Positions 37,436 through 47,677 of a DNA stretch of 64,000 bases are shown here, one piece after another. Both the position numbers and the translations under genes were made by a program. The DNA comes from Paenibacillus beijingensis (lineage in GTDB: Bacteria > Bacillota > Bacilli > Paenibacillales > Paenibacillaceae). Positions within the stretch are counted from its first letter, which is position 1. The number at the start of each line of letters is the position of its first letter. Where the stretch lies: NCBI RefSeq assembly GCF_000961095.1, contig NZ_CP011058.1:3478492-3542491 (forward strand). Reading direction: 5' to 3'. The notes below the pieces were generated by a model, which saw only the letters and a list, made by a program, of their open reading frames with translations, had not been told where the DNA came from and searched no databases.

Positions 37436-39365
37436 CAACATCAAAGGGAATCTGCGGACATACAGCGCTTTTTTTCTCAGCAGCGTGTTCTCGGTTCTCA
37501 TCTTTTACTTGTACGCGGCGTTCCTGTTTCACCCCGACATCGTGAACGGCAACATTGCGGCGGCGGGCAAAGTGACGACGATGATGCAGGTGTGCGAATA
37601 TTTGATCGTCATCTTCTCGTTCTTCTTTGTGCTCTATTCCAATTCGGCTTTTTTGAAAACACGGACGAAGGAGTTCGGACTGCTGACGCTCTTTGGCACG
37701 ACTCGCGGCCAGCTGCGCATAATGGTGCTCTATGAGAGCGCTGCCCTGGCCGTCGTTTCAATCGCAGCCGGAATCGGTCTCGGCATGCTGCTGAGCAAGC
37801 TGTTTTTCATGGGGCTTGGCGTACTGCTGAATTCGGACGTTTCCATCCTTTTCGCGGTACCTATGAAAGCGGTCTGGCTTACGGCGGGCGGATTTTTTCT
37901 GCTGTTCATGCTCATATCGTCGGCAACGGTCCTCCGTGTCGGGCGGAAGCAAATTATCGATCTGCTTCAGGAAGCGCGCAAGCCGAAGCAGCCGCCCACT
38001 TTCTCGCCGCTGTTGTCGCTGCTCGCCTGCGTATGCCTTGCGGCCGGGTATACGATGGCGCTCAAGATGACGATGATGAATTTCACTTTGTTTGCGCTCC
38101 CGGTAATCGGGCTTGTGACGCTTGGGTCTTATTTTTTGTTCACCCAGCTCAGCGTCGCCCTGATCCGGCTGCTTCAGCGCAGCACTCGCTTTTTCTACAA
38201 CCGCACCAACCTTATTACCGTATCCCAGCTCGCGTTTAAAATGAAAGACAATGCCCGAATTTTGTTTGCCGTATCGATTATGAGCGCGGTGATGGTGACG
38301 GCCGTCGGCTCGGTTTACTCGATCCAGAAAGTGAGCCGGGATCAGCTGCTCGAGCACGTCCCTTATACGGTCGGTTTTTTGGAACGCGGCCTGAACACGC
38401 ATGAAGTTGCCGATCCGCAGGAGGTAAGGTCGGTTATCGCCGCATCGGGGGAGATGCTCGAAGCGGAGGCCCGGGTTGTCGGCATCGCCGCAGCAAAGGT
38501 CCGGATTCAGCAGACGAAAGGCAAAACGGCAAATTTCCCCGAACGTTCGGCGATGGCGATCTCACAGACGGATTATAATGCGCAGGCGCAGCGGCTGGGC
38601 AAAAAGCCGGTTAAACTTGAAGACGGCCATGCCGTATATGTGCTGCCTTACAAAGAAATGAATACCGGCGGCAGCGGCAAGGGCGGCGTTATCGAAGCGG
38701 TTATCAACGGCAGCCCGGTGAAACTGAGCCTGGACGATTACGCGTACGGCGCGGTGCTCAGTCCTGTCGCAGAAGCGACTTATCTGATCGTGGCGAGCGA
38801 CAAGCAGTTTATGGAATGGGACCGGCAGACGCCGGCGGAGCGGAAGCTTGTTGCGTACGGCTACGAGATTCGCGGCTGGGAACAGGCTCTGCCGGCCGTA
38901 CAGAAGATTGAACAGCTCATTCCGGCAGATAAAAAGGCTCAGGCCCAGACGTACCGGGTCAGCTCATATATCGAAACCCAGCAGTCGATATCGCTCGCGT
39001 TGTTCATCGGCATGTTCATCAGTCTGCTGTTTTTCATCGCGGCGGGCAGCATGATTTATTTCAAGCTGTTTACCGAGCTGCAGGAAGACCGGGCGCAGTT
39101 CAAGGCGCTTGCGCGGATCGGAATGACGGCCGGGGAGATCCGGCGCATCGTCGCCACCCAGGTCGGGATGGTTTTCTTCGTCCCCTGTCTGGTCGGAATC
39201 GGGCACAGCCTGTTCGCGCTGAAGGCGCTCGGCGATTTGCTGGCGGCGCCGGTGTGGATGTACGGGCTGCTCGTCATCGGTATTTATGTTGTCATGCAAA
39301 CCGTATATTTTCTTTTTTCATGCTCCACGTATATTCACAGTATAAGACGCGGGACGGCCGGCTGA
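37410..39365 (+). CDS. FtsX-like ABC permease (BceB-type, 10 TM with a large extracellular domain)
   Basis: 651 aa. FtsX-fold TM bundles flank an extracytoplasmic domain of about 200 aa. Confidence 0.8.
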   Translation: MTFRSLALSNIKGNLRTYSAFFLSSVFSVLIFYLYAAFLFHPDIVNGNIAAAGKVTTMMQVCEYLIVIFSFFFVLYSNSAFLKTRTKEFGLLTLFGTTRGQLRIMVLYESAALAVVSIAAGIGLGMLLSKLFFMGLGVLLNSDVSILFAVPMKAVWLTAGGFFLLFMLISSATVLRVGRKQIIDLLQEARKPKQPPTFSPLLSLLACVCLAAGYTMALKMTMMNFTLFALPVIGLVTLGSYFLFTQLSVALIRLLQRSTRFFYNRTNLITVSQLAFKMKDNARILFAVSIMSAVMVTAVGSVYSIQKVSRDQLLEHVPYTVGFLERGLNTHEVADPQEVRSVIAASGEMLEAEARVVGIAAAKVRIQQTKGKTANFPERSAMAISQTDYNAQAQRLGKKPVKLEDGHAVYVLPYKEMNTGGSGKGGVIEAVINGSPVKLSLDDYAYGAVLSPVAEATYLIVASDKQFMEWDRQTPAERKLVAYGYEIRGWEQALPAVQKIEQLIPADKKAQAQTYRVSSYIETQQSISLALFIGMFISLLFFIAAGSMIYFKLFTELQEDRAQFKALARIGMTAGEIRRIVATQVGMVFFVPCLVGIGHSLFALKALGDLLAAPVWMYGLLVIGIYVVMQTVYFLFSCSTYIHSIRRGTAG

Positions 39366-39670
39366 TTAGCCGGTCTTTTTTTTTGTTGCCCAAGGCTTCA
39401 GAGCCGGAAAAGAAAACAGGATTTAACGAAGCGGCGGACTCTGCCCGGAATTCAAGCGGGGAGAGATCGCCGATTTTTCTTGTTCTCCCATCCACATTCG
39501 AACGGCTTTTTTCTTCGTCTCTTCTCTAAAGGACTGAACGTTTGTCTCTTTTAATCCGCGCTGCCGATAAGCCAAATGTTGACACATTCTTTCTCTTTGA
39601 GTCTTCGCGTAAATTTTGCCTTATCCACTTGTGTAAAGTACATGTTCCTTTATGGAAAAAAAGTTATTGA

Positions 39671-40174
39671 ATGTACCAGATCGTCGAACAGGCGGGTCCG
39701 AAAATCAATGAACAAATGAAGCCGCGCTGGATTCAAGGCAATCCGCCGGATGTCGTCTACATCGATGGAGACGGTACATTTACAGAATCGCTGTTAGTTA
39801 AAAATCAGCAGCTGATGGATATTACCGATTGGGTCAAGACAGCCAAAAACGTCGATGGAGAAGTGATCAAGGATCAATTGATCGGTCAACCGAAGCTGTA
39901 TGACGGTAAGAGTTACGCCATTCCGCTCGTTTTCGGAGTGTTCGGCTTGTGGTATGACAAAGCGCTTTTCAAAGAAAAGGGTTGGGCCGTACCTACGGAT
40001 TGGACCAGCTTTTTGGAAGCCAACAAACAAGGCTTGGCATTCGGGGTTAAACCTATTATTCATCAAGGCCAATATCCGTACTATTTCATTCGCAACTTCA
40101 TGAGACAAGGATTTGTTACGGCTACCCCGAAAATTACTATTAGCTCAGACCCAAAAATGGCAGCACGAAACTAA
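39671..40174 (+). pseudogene. carbohydrate ABC transporter substrate-binding protein, 5'-truncated N-proximal fragment
   Basis: Solute-binding-protein family 1 similarity (PDVVYIDG..., GKSYAIPL). No signal peptide or lipobox is found upstream. The fragment ends where the IS110 element begins. Confidence 0.6.
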
Positions 40175-41703
40175 GCCCAGCTTTTATGGTTTTTAAAAAC
40201 TGTGCTTCTTCGCAATTTTGAGACATTGAAACGCTAAGAGGCCTCCGAATTAAAGAGGGCTACCTGAAAACCAAGATTCTCAAGCTTTCGTACGGCTTGT
40301 CTCACGATCGCTTCTTGTTGTCGCTGTTCAAAATAATGACTTCCTAAATCTTTGTAATCTTCTTTTCGTGTAAGAACGTAATAAACAATGGTCATGATGG
40401 AGTGCGCGACGGCTACGGCTGCTCGGTGTCTGCCTTTTCGGGCGGCAATGCGTCTGTACTGTGCTCCTAGGTAGTTGTCGGATCTGCATACGGAATGGGC
40501 GACTTCAATCAGTGCCGCTCGGAGATATTTGTTGCCTTTGCGAGTTTTTGAGGATTTTCGTTTTCCGGCACTTTCATTCTGCCCTGGAACTAGGCCCGCC
40601 CATGAACAGAGATTAGGGGCGGATGGGAAGCGCGAACCGACATCAGTCCCAACTTCGGCAAGGATTTGTTCTGCGGTTCGTCGGCCGATCCCTGGAATGG
40701 TATCTAGACGTTCAATGTCTTGCTGAAAAGGGTCGAGCCGTTTGGCTACCTCCGTATCCAGTTCGAGAATCTGCTCATTCAGAAAATCGACGTGTGTGAG
40801 CATCGTTTTCAGCATGATCCGTTGGTGGGCACTCATGTTGCCGCGTAAGGCCAATTCCAACTCTTCCTTCTTTTTCTTCAGAGTTCGTCGCGCGAAAGCT
40901 GCCAGCTTTTCGGGATCTTCTTCTCCCTCGATCATGGCCCCCATCATATCGCGGCTGCTCACGCCCATAATGTCGGAGACAACAGCAGCGAGCTTAATGT
41001 TGGCGCCTTCAAGGACCTTCTGAACCCGGTTATGTTCACGAGAGCGTTCCTGCATCAGGCTGCGACGGTAACGGACTAATTCGCGGAGTTCGCGTTGGTT
41101 ACGGTCCGGAATGTAGCTGGGTTTGAGCAGTCCATGACGCAGAAGGTTACAGATCCACTCGGCATCTTTCACATCCGTCTTCCTGCCGGGAACAGCTTTA
41201 ATGTGCTGTGCGTTTACGACGAGGAATTGAATCTCCTCGGCTTCAAGCAGGTTGACGATTGGTTTCCAGTAAACACCGGTACTCTCCATGGCCACGTGCG
41301 TACAGCGATGCTGCTTGATCCAGTCGATTAAATCCAGCAGGAACACCGTATGCGTACGAAAGGTCTTAATCTCCTTTCCTTCGGGAGTCATGACGCAAGC
41401 GGTAATGGACTTCTTGTGAACATCCAAACCGCAAGCGCGCTCGATGAGGACATCCATAACATTCACCTTTCTACGGCAATTGAAATTGAGGACTGGTGCA
41501 ACAACCAGAAAGGATTACTCTACCCCGCGTGCTTCCCAAAAGGAGCGACATACCGTGGTGCACCGTGATCGTCGTAGTCAGACTAACGGATGGGTTCGCG
41601 ACACCATAGCTTAACGACCTTCCTCACCAGCCGTAAGAATAGTATAGAACGCCGCACCAAAATTTTCATTACTCTGTGGTGCCCCGAGAGGGGCATGGAT
41701 GGC
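40162..41703 (-). mobile_element. IS110-family insertion sequence (about 1.54 kb) interrupting the SBP gene
   Basis: The SBP reading frame resumes perfectly across the element: ...SSDPKMA on the left and MANGDNP... on the right. ATGGC flanks both ends. Boundaries are uncertain by about 5 bp. Confidence 0.7.
40234..41466 (-). CDS. IS110 family transposase
   Basis: 410 aa. N-terminal DEDD-type catalytic domain (GLDVHKKS, AMESTG) and the IS110 C-terminal domain (PGIGRRTAEQILAEVG). Confidence 0.85.
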   Translation of the reverse strand: MNVMDVLIERACGLDVHKKSITACVMTPEGKEIKTFRTHTVFLLDLIDWIKQHRCTHVAMESTGVYWKPIVNLLEAEEIQFLVVNAQHIKAVPGRKTDVKDAEWICNLLRHGLLKPSYIPDRNQRELRELVRYRRSLMQERSREHNRVQKVLEGANIKLAAVVSDIMGVSSRDMMGAMIEGEEDPEKLAAFARRTLKKKKEELELALRGNMSAHQRIMLKTMLTHVDFLNEQILELDTEVAKRLDPFQQDIERLDTIPGIGRRTAEQILAEVGTDVGSRFPSAPNLCSWAGLVPGQNESAGKRKSSKTRKGNKYLRAALIEVAHSVCRSDNYLGAQYRRIAARKGRHRAAVAVAHSIMTIVYYVLTRKEDYKDLGSHYFEQRQQEAIVRQAVRKLENLGFQVALFNSEAS

Positions 41704-42361
41704 TAACGGGGACAATCCGGCGATTCTGGACGACATTAACAATTTGAAGGAAGGTGTCTTCAAGAGCGCACCGGTCATGGCTACATTGGACAAAGTCGAA
41801 TCCTTGAACAAACTGGGCTATATTAACAAGGCAGCATTGGCTTTGAATCATACGGACTCCCAAAATCAGTGGTTGCAGCACAAGGCAATCTTCATTCCGT
41901 CCGGACTTTGGCTGGAAAATGAAATGAAAAAGACGGCTCCTGCAGGCTTCGAATATGGATTCATTCCTTCTGTTACTCAAGATAAAGGTGGAAAATATGT
42001 TGCCGTCCCTTATACGAACGAAATAGGGATCGCGAAGTACGCCAAAAATGTCGAAGCTGCAAAAGCATTTTTACAATTCGTCTTCACGAAAAAGGCTGCC
42101 ATTAACTGGGCTGAAAAAACAGGCGCGTTAATGAATTATAAAGTTGATTTGGCTTCCACTCAAGCGAGCGGAGCCGTGAAAAGCGCCATGACCTACTTGA
42201 ACTCGCCGGATACAATTGTTACTTCTACGGACAGCACGTTTGACCAGGATGTAGAGAAGGCTATGGAAGACGCAACAGCGGCCTTGCTTGGTGAGAAGAT
42301 TACGAAAGAGGAATGGTCGGATCGAATGGAAAAAGCAGCAGCAGCAGCGCGGAAAAAATGA
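41699..42361 (+). pseudogene. carbohydrate ABC transporter substrate-binding protein, C-terminal fragment
   Basis: In-frame continuation of the 39671 fragment after the IS. Confidence 0.6.
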
Positions 42362-42409
42362 GCTAGGGGGGGAGCTTTCCCCCCTTTCTATTGATAGGAT
42401 GGTGGTAAT

Positions 42410-42772
42410 ATGAACACTCAGAAGAAGAGCTTGTCCTCAAAAGGGCAATATCTTTTGTTTATCGGTGTTTTTATCGTTCCGACATTTTTGCTGTTTGGGC
42501 TGTTTACGTTGTACCCGATGGTAAAAGGGATGTATATCAGTTTGTTTGATTGGACAGGCAGTGCTTCGAATATGAAATTTGTCGGGCTGGATAACTATCG
42601 CAAATTGTTCGAGGATGCGATCATTCCGCGCACGATTTACCACGATTATTTTTTGGTGTTCTGGAAAGTCATTTTCATTATGTTGATCGCGATATTTTTT
42701 GCCGTCGGATGCGTCTACCATTGGTGTCATGATATTGGTTGTATCCCTGATTACGACCGTTATTATCAATAG
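42410..42772 (+). pseudogene. sugar ABC permease (MalF/UgpA-type), truncated
   Basis: N-terminal TM1, a loop, and part of TM2 only. The EAA region is missing. Confidence 0.5.
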
Positions 42773-42818
42773 GCTCATGAAAAAAGAAGTGGTTCAATGG
42801 TAGGAATGGGGGATTTCC

Positions 42819-43642
42819 ATGTTTAAGCTAATCGCGAGGGCGCTGCTTTTCTGTTGGGCGATGTTTGTTCTGTATCCATTGTTTTGGACAGTCGCTACTT
42901 CATTGAAAAGGACGCAGCAATTCAATTTGGGAAAACCCTGGGATTTGCCTCAATGGCCTTTACAATTTATTAATTTTGCAACAGCCTGGCAAAAATCGCA
43001 TTTTGGAGACTATTTCATCAATACCACTTTGATCGTTATCTCTGCGGTGATTATCTCCCTTTTGCTTTCCTCGACATCGGCCTTTATGATAACACGACAT
43101 CCTTTCAAGGGCAGTCGTATGTTATTTATGGTATATCTCGACGATGATGATTCCAACCATTTTAGGGTTGATTCCTTTATTTTTCCTCATGTCGACCTTA
43201 GGTTTGACAGATTCCTTGATCGGTTTGACGATTGTGTATTGCGGTCATTCAGATTCCGTTTGGGATTTTTATTTTATCTGGCTTTTTCCAAGCACTTCCC
43301 AAAGAACTTGAGGATGCGGCTACAATCGACGGCTGCGGAATATTCGGCACTTTCTTCAAAATCATGCTGCCGCTGTCCCGATCCGGTTTAATTACCGTAG
43401 GCATAATGAACGCACTTACTTACTGGAACGAGTACATCATTTCGATGACTCTTATAAGCTCCCCGGGAAAATATACGGTGTCATTAGGTCTTGTTTTCAT
43501 GCAAGGAGAGATGCAATACAGTGTCGATTGGGGAATCCTGTTCGCGGGATTGGTTATTTCGGTTATTCCCGTGTTTCTACTCTACACTTTTTTTCAACGA
43601 CAAATTAGAGAAGGACTGACAGCTGGGGCGCTTAAAGGGTAA
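42819..43642 (+). pseudogene. sugar ABC permease (MalG/UgpE-type) with two frameshifts
   Basis: Homology runs through three frames: 42819 to about 43135, about 43144 to 43250 (MMIPTILGLIPLFFLMS) and 43250 to 43642 (includes the EAA-like region). Confidence 0.6.
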
Positions 43643-43858
43643 ATATTGCTGAGGGCTTCGTTCCGAATATTAAGAGAATGTGATGTTAGCCGCCGGACTT
43701 TTATCGTGCGTCCTCTGCACATAAAGGTCCCGATTTCATTGGTTTCTGCACTCTCCCGTATACCTGTCTACTCTTGCAACCTAGCGGAATCAGGCGTTTC
43801 TACTCGGACAATCATCCAAGAGGGACGGATCTCCCATTCATATGATGAATAGAAAGAT

Positions 43859-44551
43859 ATGGAAAGGAGATTCATCGATATGAGTGAAATTCAAGGCCGG
43901 CAGCTCGCCAGCAAATGGGCCAAGACGGCGGCGCTGCTTTCCCACCCCAGGATTGCTTCCCATATTCCGCCCACTCGGATGTTTAACGGGGATAATCTGC
44001 GCAGCATGCTTCGGGTGCACGGAATGGTCGTCATCAAGCCGGTGAAAGGCGCAGGCGGACACGGTGTTATGAAGGTAACGTCCAGCGGAAGCGGATTCTC
44101 GTATACCTACTATTCGCGGACCCGGCATTTTAACAGTTTTCAAGGGCTTTTGCAGGCATTAAAGAAGGAACAGAAGGGCCGCCGGTATTTGATCCAGAAA
44201 GGAATTCGTCTCGCGGCAATAAGCGGACGGCCGATTGACTACCGGGTAAAATATGTGAAGACGGATACGGGCTGGCAAATCCGCTCGATGGTCGGACGGG
44301 TGGCAAGGCCGGGCCTGTTCGTGACCAATTTATGCCGCGGAGGAAGCATGCTGACTGCAGCGCAAGGAATCAGCCGTTCATTGTCGGGGGCGATGGTCAC
44401 CCGCAAAAAACGGGAGATGAGAGAGCTGACACGAGTGTCTACGGCGGTACTGGAAGGGAAATTTCACGGAATCGGCCAGCTCGGCTTCGACTATGGCATC
44501 GACCGGAGCGGGAAAGTCTGGATTTTTGAAGTGAATACGCGTCCGCAGTAA
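43859..44551 (+). CDS. YheC/YheD family (ATP-grasp-like) protein
   Basis: 230 aa with the ATP-grasp-like pattern typical of the YheC/D sporulation-associated family. Confidence 0.6.
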   Translation: MERRFIDMSEIQGRQLASKWAKTAALLSHPRIASHIPPTRMFNGDNLRSMLRVHGMVVIKPVKGAGGHGVMKVTSSGSGFSYTYYSRTRHFNSFQGLLQALKKEQKGRRYLIQKGIRLAAISGRPIDYRVKYVKTDTGWQIRSMVGRVARPGLFVTNLCRGGSMLTAAQGISRSLSGAMVTRKKREMRELTRVSTAVLEGKFHGIGQLGFDYGIDRSGKVWIFEVNTRPQ

Positions 44552-44809
44552 AGGATAGGTAAGAAATAGAACCTAAAGAGAACAAAAATTCAAAAAATTT
44601 TTTGACCAAATTCGACATTAAATCCGGCTGTGCATAACTCTATCCACACTATCCCCATCTAAAACCCTCATTTTTCGACTCCTACCCACATATTGTACAC
44701 ACCTTGTCCACGACTGGCTGTGGATAACAGAACGCTTGTTCCGGTGATTAAGGGCATGTTAAGATGGGTTAGGAAGAATTAGGCAATATAGATGAAAGGA
44801 GTGTGAGGG

Positions 44810-44953
44810 ATGGAGTTGCTGTCTGATGAGCTGTTGGTGGAAACGTATTTAGCGGCTGTGCAGTTCAATCTGGACCCTGAATTTATCGAGATGTTGATCG
44901 GTGAATTAAAGCGCAGACAGATCAACCCGGACAAAATTCGACTCGGTGCATAA
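44810..44953 (+). CDS. sda: sporulation histidine kinase inhibitor Sda
   Basis: 47 aa, MELLSDELLVETYLAAVQFNLDPEFIEMLIGELKRRQ. The SDELL(I/V)E(S/T)Y and FIE motifs match B. subtilis Sda. RBS AAAGGAG. Below the ORF-track size cutoff. Confidence 0.6.
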   Translation: MELLSDELLVETYLAAVQFNLDPEFIEMLIGELKRRQINPDKIRLGA

Positions 44954-44956
44954 CGA

Positions 44957-45205
44957 TCAAACGTTCAGGTTCGGTGATTCCCATTCGGCAACCGACACTT
45001 CATAGCTGCGGTTACACCCGGAACAATATACAATATGTTCACAATATAATTCCGTTCGGTTGAATAAAGGTTCCGTTGAAACGGGACTGTAGGGAGCATA
45101 AGGACCGCTCCAGTCCGCAATCCGACCGCAATCGTCCGCTTCGCAGCGGCAGTGCGGGCAGGGCACGTTGAGCAGTCGAATTCCATTGCAAACGGGACAT
45201 AACAT
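44957..45205 (-). CDS. hypothetical Cys-rich small protein (two CxxC pairs)
   Basis: CPVCNG...CPHCRC...CSGCNRSY. Confidence 0.4.
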   Translation of the reverse strand: MLCPVCNGIRLLNVPCPHCRCEADDCGRIADWSGPYAPYSPVSTEPLFNRTELYCEHIVYCSGCNRSYEVSVAEWESPNLNV

Positions 45206-45212
45206 AAAAAAG

Positions 45213-45295
45213 GGTATCCTCCTTGCCTGCGGCCGCCGTCGCTTTAACGACTTCGAGCCGGTGATTCGAGCGCAAGGTTAGGATACCCTCTTTTG
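45213..45295 (-). terminator. long hairpin terminator
   Basis: AAAAAGGGTATCCT...AGGATACCCTCTTTT. Confidence 0.5.
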
Positions 45296-45313
45296 TTTCA
45301 TTTAACCGACTTG

Positions 45314-46153
45314 CTAAAGCTTCATGTTGCTGCTGTGGCCCGGAGACAGCTTGGCGCCCGGATCGAAATAAACTTTGGCGTTGTTGACGGCGGTTGGCGC
45401 TTCGCCGAACCCGACTGCGATCAGCTTCACTTTGCCGGGATAAGTTGTGATATCGCCTGCCGCAAAGATGCCCGGGATGCTGGATTCCATCCGGGAGTCG
45501 ACAACGATTGATCCGTGGTCGATGTTCAGACCCCACTCGGTGATCGGACCGAGCGACGAGACGAAGCCGAAATTGACAATGACGGCGTCAACGTCAAGCT
45601 TTACTTCTTCTTTCGTTTTGACGTTGCGCAGGGTGACGCTCTCGATTTGGCTTTCGCCTTCAAGCGCTGCGATTTCCGTCGGAACGACAACGTTTACTTT
45701 CGATTTCATCAGGTTTTCCACGCTGTGCTCGTGTGCCCGGAATTTGTCCCGGCGGTGAATGAGCGTTACGCTTTCCGCGATCGGCTCCAGCATGAGCGCC
45801 CAGTCGACTGCGGAATCGCCGCCGCCGCTGATCAGCACTTTCTGCCCATTGAACTGATGCAGGTCGCTCACAAAATAATGCAGGTTTTTCTTTTCGTATT
45901 TCGCCGCTTCCGGCAGCTCCAGACGGCGGGGTTCAAACGCACCGACGCCGGCCGTAATGATGACCGAACGCGCGAAGTGGACCGCTTTGTCCGTACGGAT
46001 CTCAAACAGGCGCTCCTCACGCTTGATCAGCTCGACCACTTTCTCCTCCAGACAAACTTCCTGCGAGAAGTGACTCAGCTGCTTCTGCAGCGAATCGACC
46101 AATTCCTGAGCCGTCACTTTCGGAAATCCGGACGAAAAAGCCCTCCCAAACAA
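45314..46153 (-). pseudogene. ferredoxin-NADP+ reductase type 2 (YumC-like), N-terminally truncated
   Basis: Aligns to B. subtilis YumC from about residue 50 onward (FPKVTAQEL..., [13 protein letters not shown]). The FAD-binding GGGPxG N-terminus is absent. TAG sits immediately 5' of a TTG, and AT-rich non-coding DNA lies upstream. Confidence 0.5.
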
Positions 46154-46483
46154 CTAATTAGATTTTTATTATAACGTTTCTTGCGAAAGGAGGGAAATAA
46201 CCTTTTTGTATGTTCTTCTAAAGTTTTTCGTATAAATGCACCTTGAACTTTATGCCAAAAATTTGTATCATTTCAGAAGTACTGGGGGATTCTCTCGATT
46301 CTGACCGGTGCGACCTGTTTGCAGGGCCTTTATTTTTTATTTCTAAAAATTTGTTTTCTAGCAGGGTTTGTGTAATTTTTCACAAACTTTTTTGTTCATT
46401 CGGACGTCTTTCGGAAGGATGAAATCATACACAAAACCGGCAATAACGATACTTAAATAGAGACGGAATGGATGGGATTTTTT

Positions 46484-47677
46484 ATGAGCAATATACCGAA
46501 AATCGTTATATTGGGGGCGGGCTACGGAGGCGTGCTGACGGCGCTGAAGCTTCAGAAGCAGCTGAACTACAATGAAGCGGACGTAACGCTTGTCAACAAG
46601 CATGATTACCATTATATTACAACGCACCTTCATATGCCCGCAGCCGGTACCGACAACCCGGAAAATGCCCGCGTAAATATTTCCAAATTGATCGATGAGT
46701 TCAAAATCGATTTTGTCAAATCGACCGTGGTGCAGATCCGCGTTCAGGATAAAAAGGTCATTCTCGAAGACGGAACGTTATCGTACGACTATCTGGTCAT
46801 CAGTCTGGGCGGGGAGCCGGAAACGTTCGGCATTCCCGGATTGGCTGAGCATGCGATGAATATTCGCAGCATCAACTCCGTCCGTCTCATCCGCGAGCAT
46901 ATCGAGTATCAGTTCGCCCGCTTTAAACGCGAGCCGCACCGCATTGATTATTTGACGTTTGTGGTGGGTGGAGCGGGCTTCACCGGCATCGAATTTATCG
47001 GGGAGCTGTCCGACCGCATCCCGGAGCTGTGCAAGGAATTTGACGTTGACCGCTCGCTGGTGAAAATTTATAACATCGAAGCCGCGCCGACCGCGCTGCC
47101 GGGCTTCGATCCCGAGCTTGTCCAATACGCGATGGATGTGCTGACGAAAAAAGGCGTTATTTTCAAAATCGGCACGGCGATCAAAGAGTGCACGCAGAGC
47201 GGCGTCATCGTCGGAGACGGCGAGGAAATCCGCTCCAAGACGGTCATCTGGACCGGCGGCATCCGCGGCAGCCGCCTCATCGAGGAAGCCGGTTTTGAAA
47301 CGATGCGCGGCCGTGTTAAGATTGACGACTTCTTGCGCGCCCCGAGCCACGAGCAAGTCTATATTATCGGCGACAGCTCGCTGATGATGAACGAGGAAGG
47401 ACGCCCGTATCCGCCGACGGCGCAAATCGCGATGCAGCAGGGCGTGACGTGCGCGCACAACCTGGTTGCTTCCATCCGCAACCAGCCGCTGAAGACGTTT
47501 CAATTCAGCAACAAAGGAACGGTCGCCTCGCTCGGCAAGGGCGAAGCGATCGGCATCGCGTTCGGCAAGAAGTATAAAGGACGCAAGGCGGCTTGGCTGA
47601 AAAAGCTGATCGACCTGCGCTACCTGTTCATTATCGGCGGCATTCCGCTCGTGCTGCGCAAAGGAAAGATTCTGTAA
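46484..47677 (+). CDS. type II NADH dehydrogenase (NDH-2, YumB-like)
   Basis: ILGAGYGG and VVGGAGFTG dinucleotide folds. Confidence 0.8.
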   Translation: MSNIPKIVILGAGYGGVLTALKLQKQLNYNEADVTLVNKHDYHYITTHLHMPAAGTDNPENARVNISKLIDEFKIDFVKSTVVQIRVQDKKVILEDGTLSYDYLVISLGGEPETFGIPGLAEHAMNIRSINSVRLIREHIEYQFARFKREPHRIDYLTFVVGGAGFTGIEFIGELSDRIPELCKEFDVDRSLVKIYNIEAAPTALPGFDPELVQYAMDVLTKKGVIFKIGTAIKECTQSGVIVGDGEEIRSKTVIWTGGIRGSRLIEEAGFETMRGRVKIDDFLRAPSHEQVYIIGDSSLMMNEEGRPYPPTAQIAMQQGVTCAHNLVASIRNQPLKTFQFSNKGTVASLGKGEAIGIAFGKKYKGRKAAWLKKLIDLRYLFIIGGIPLVLRKGKIL

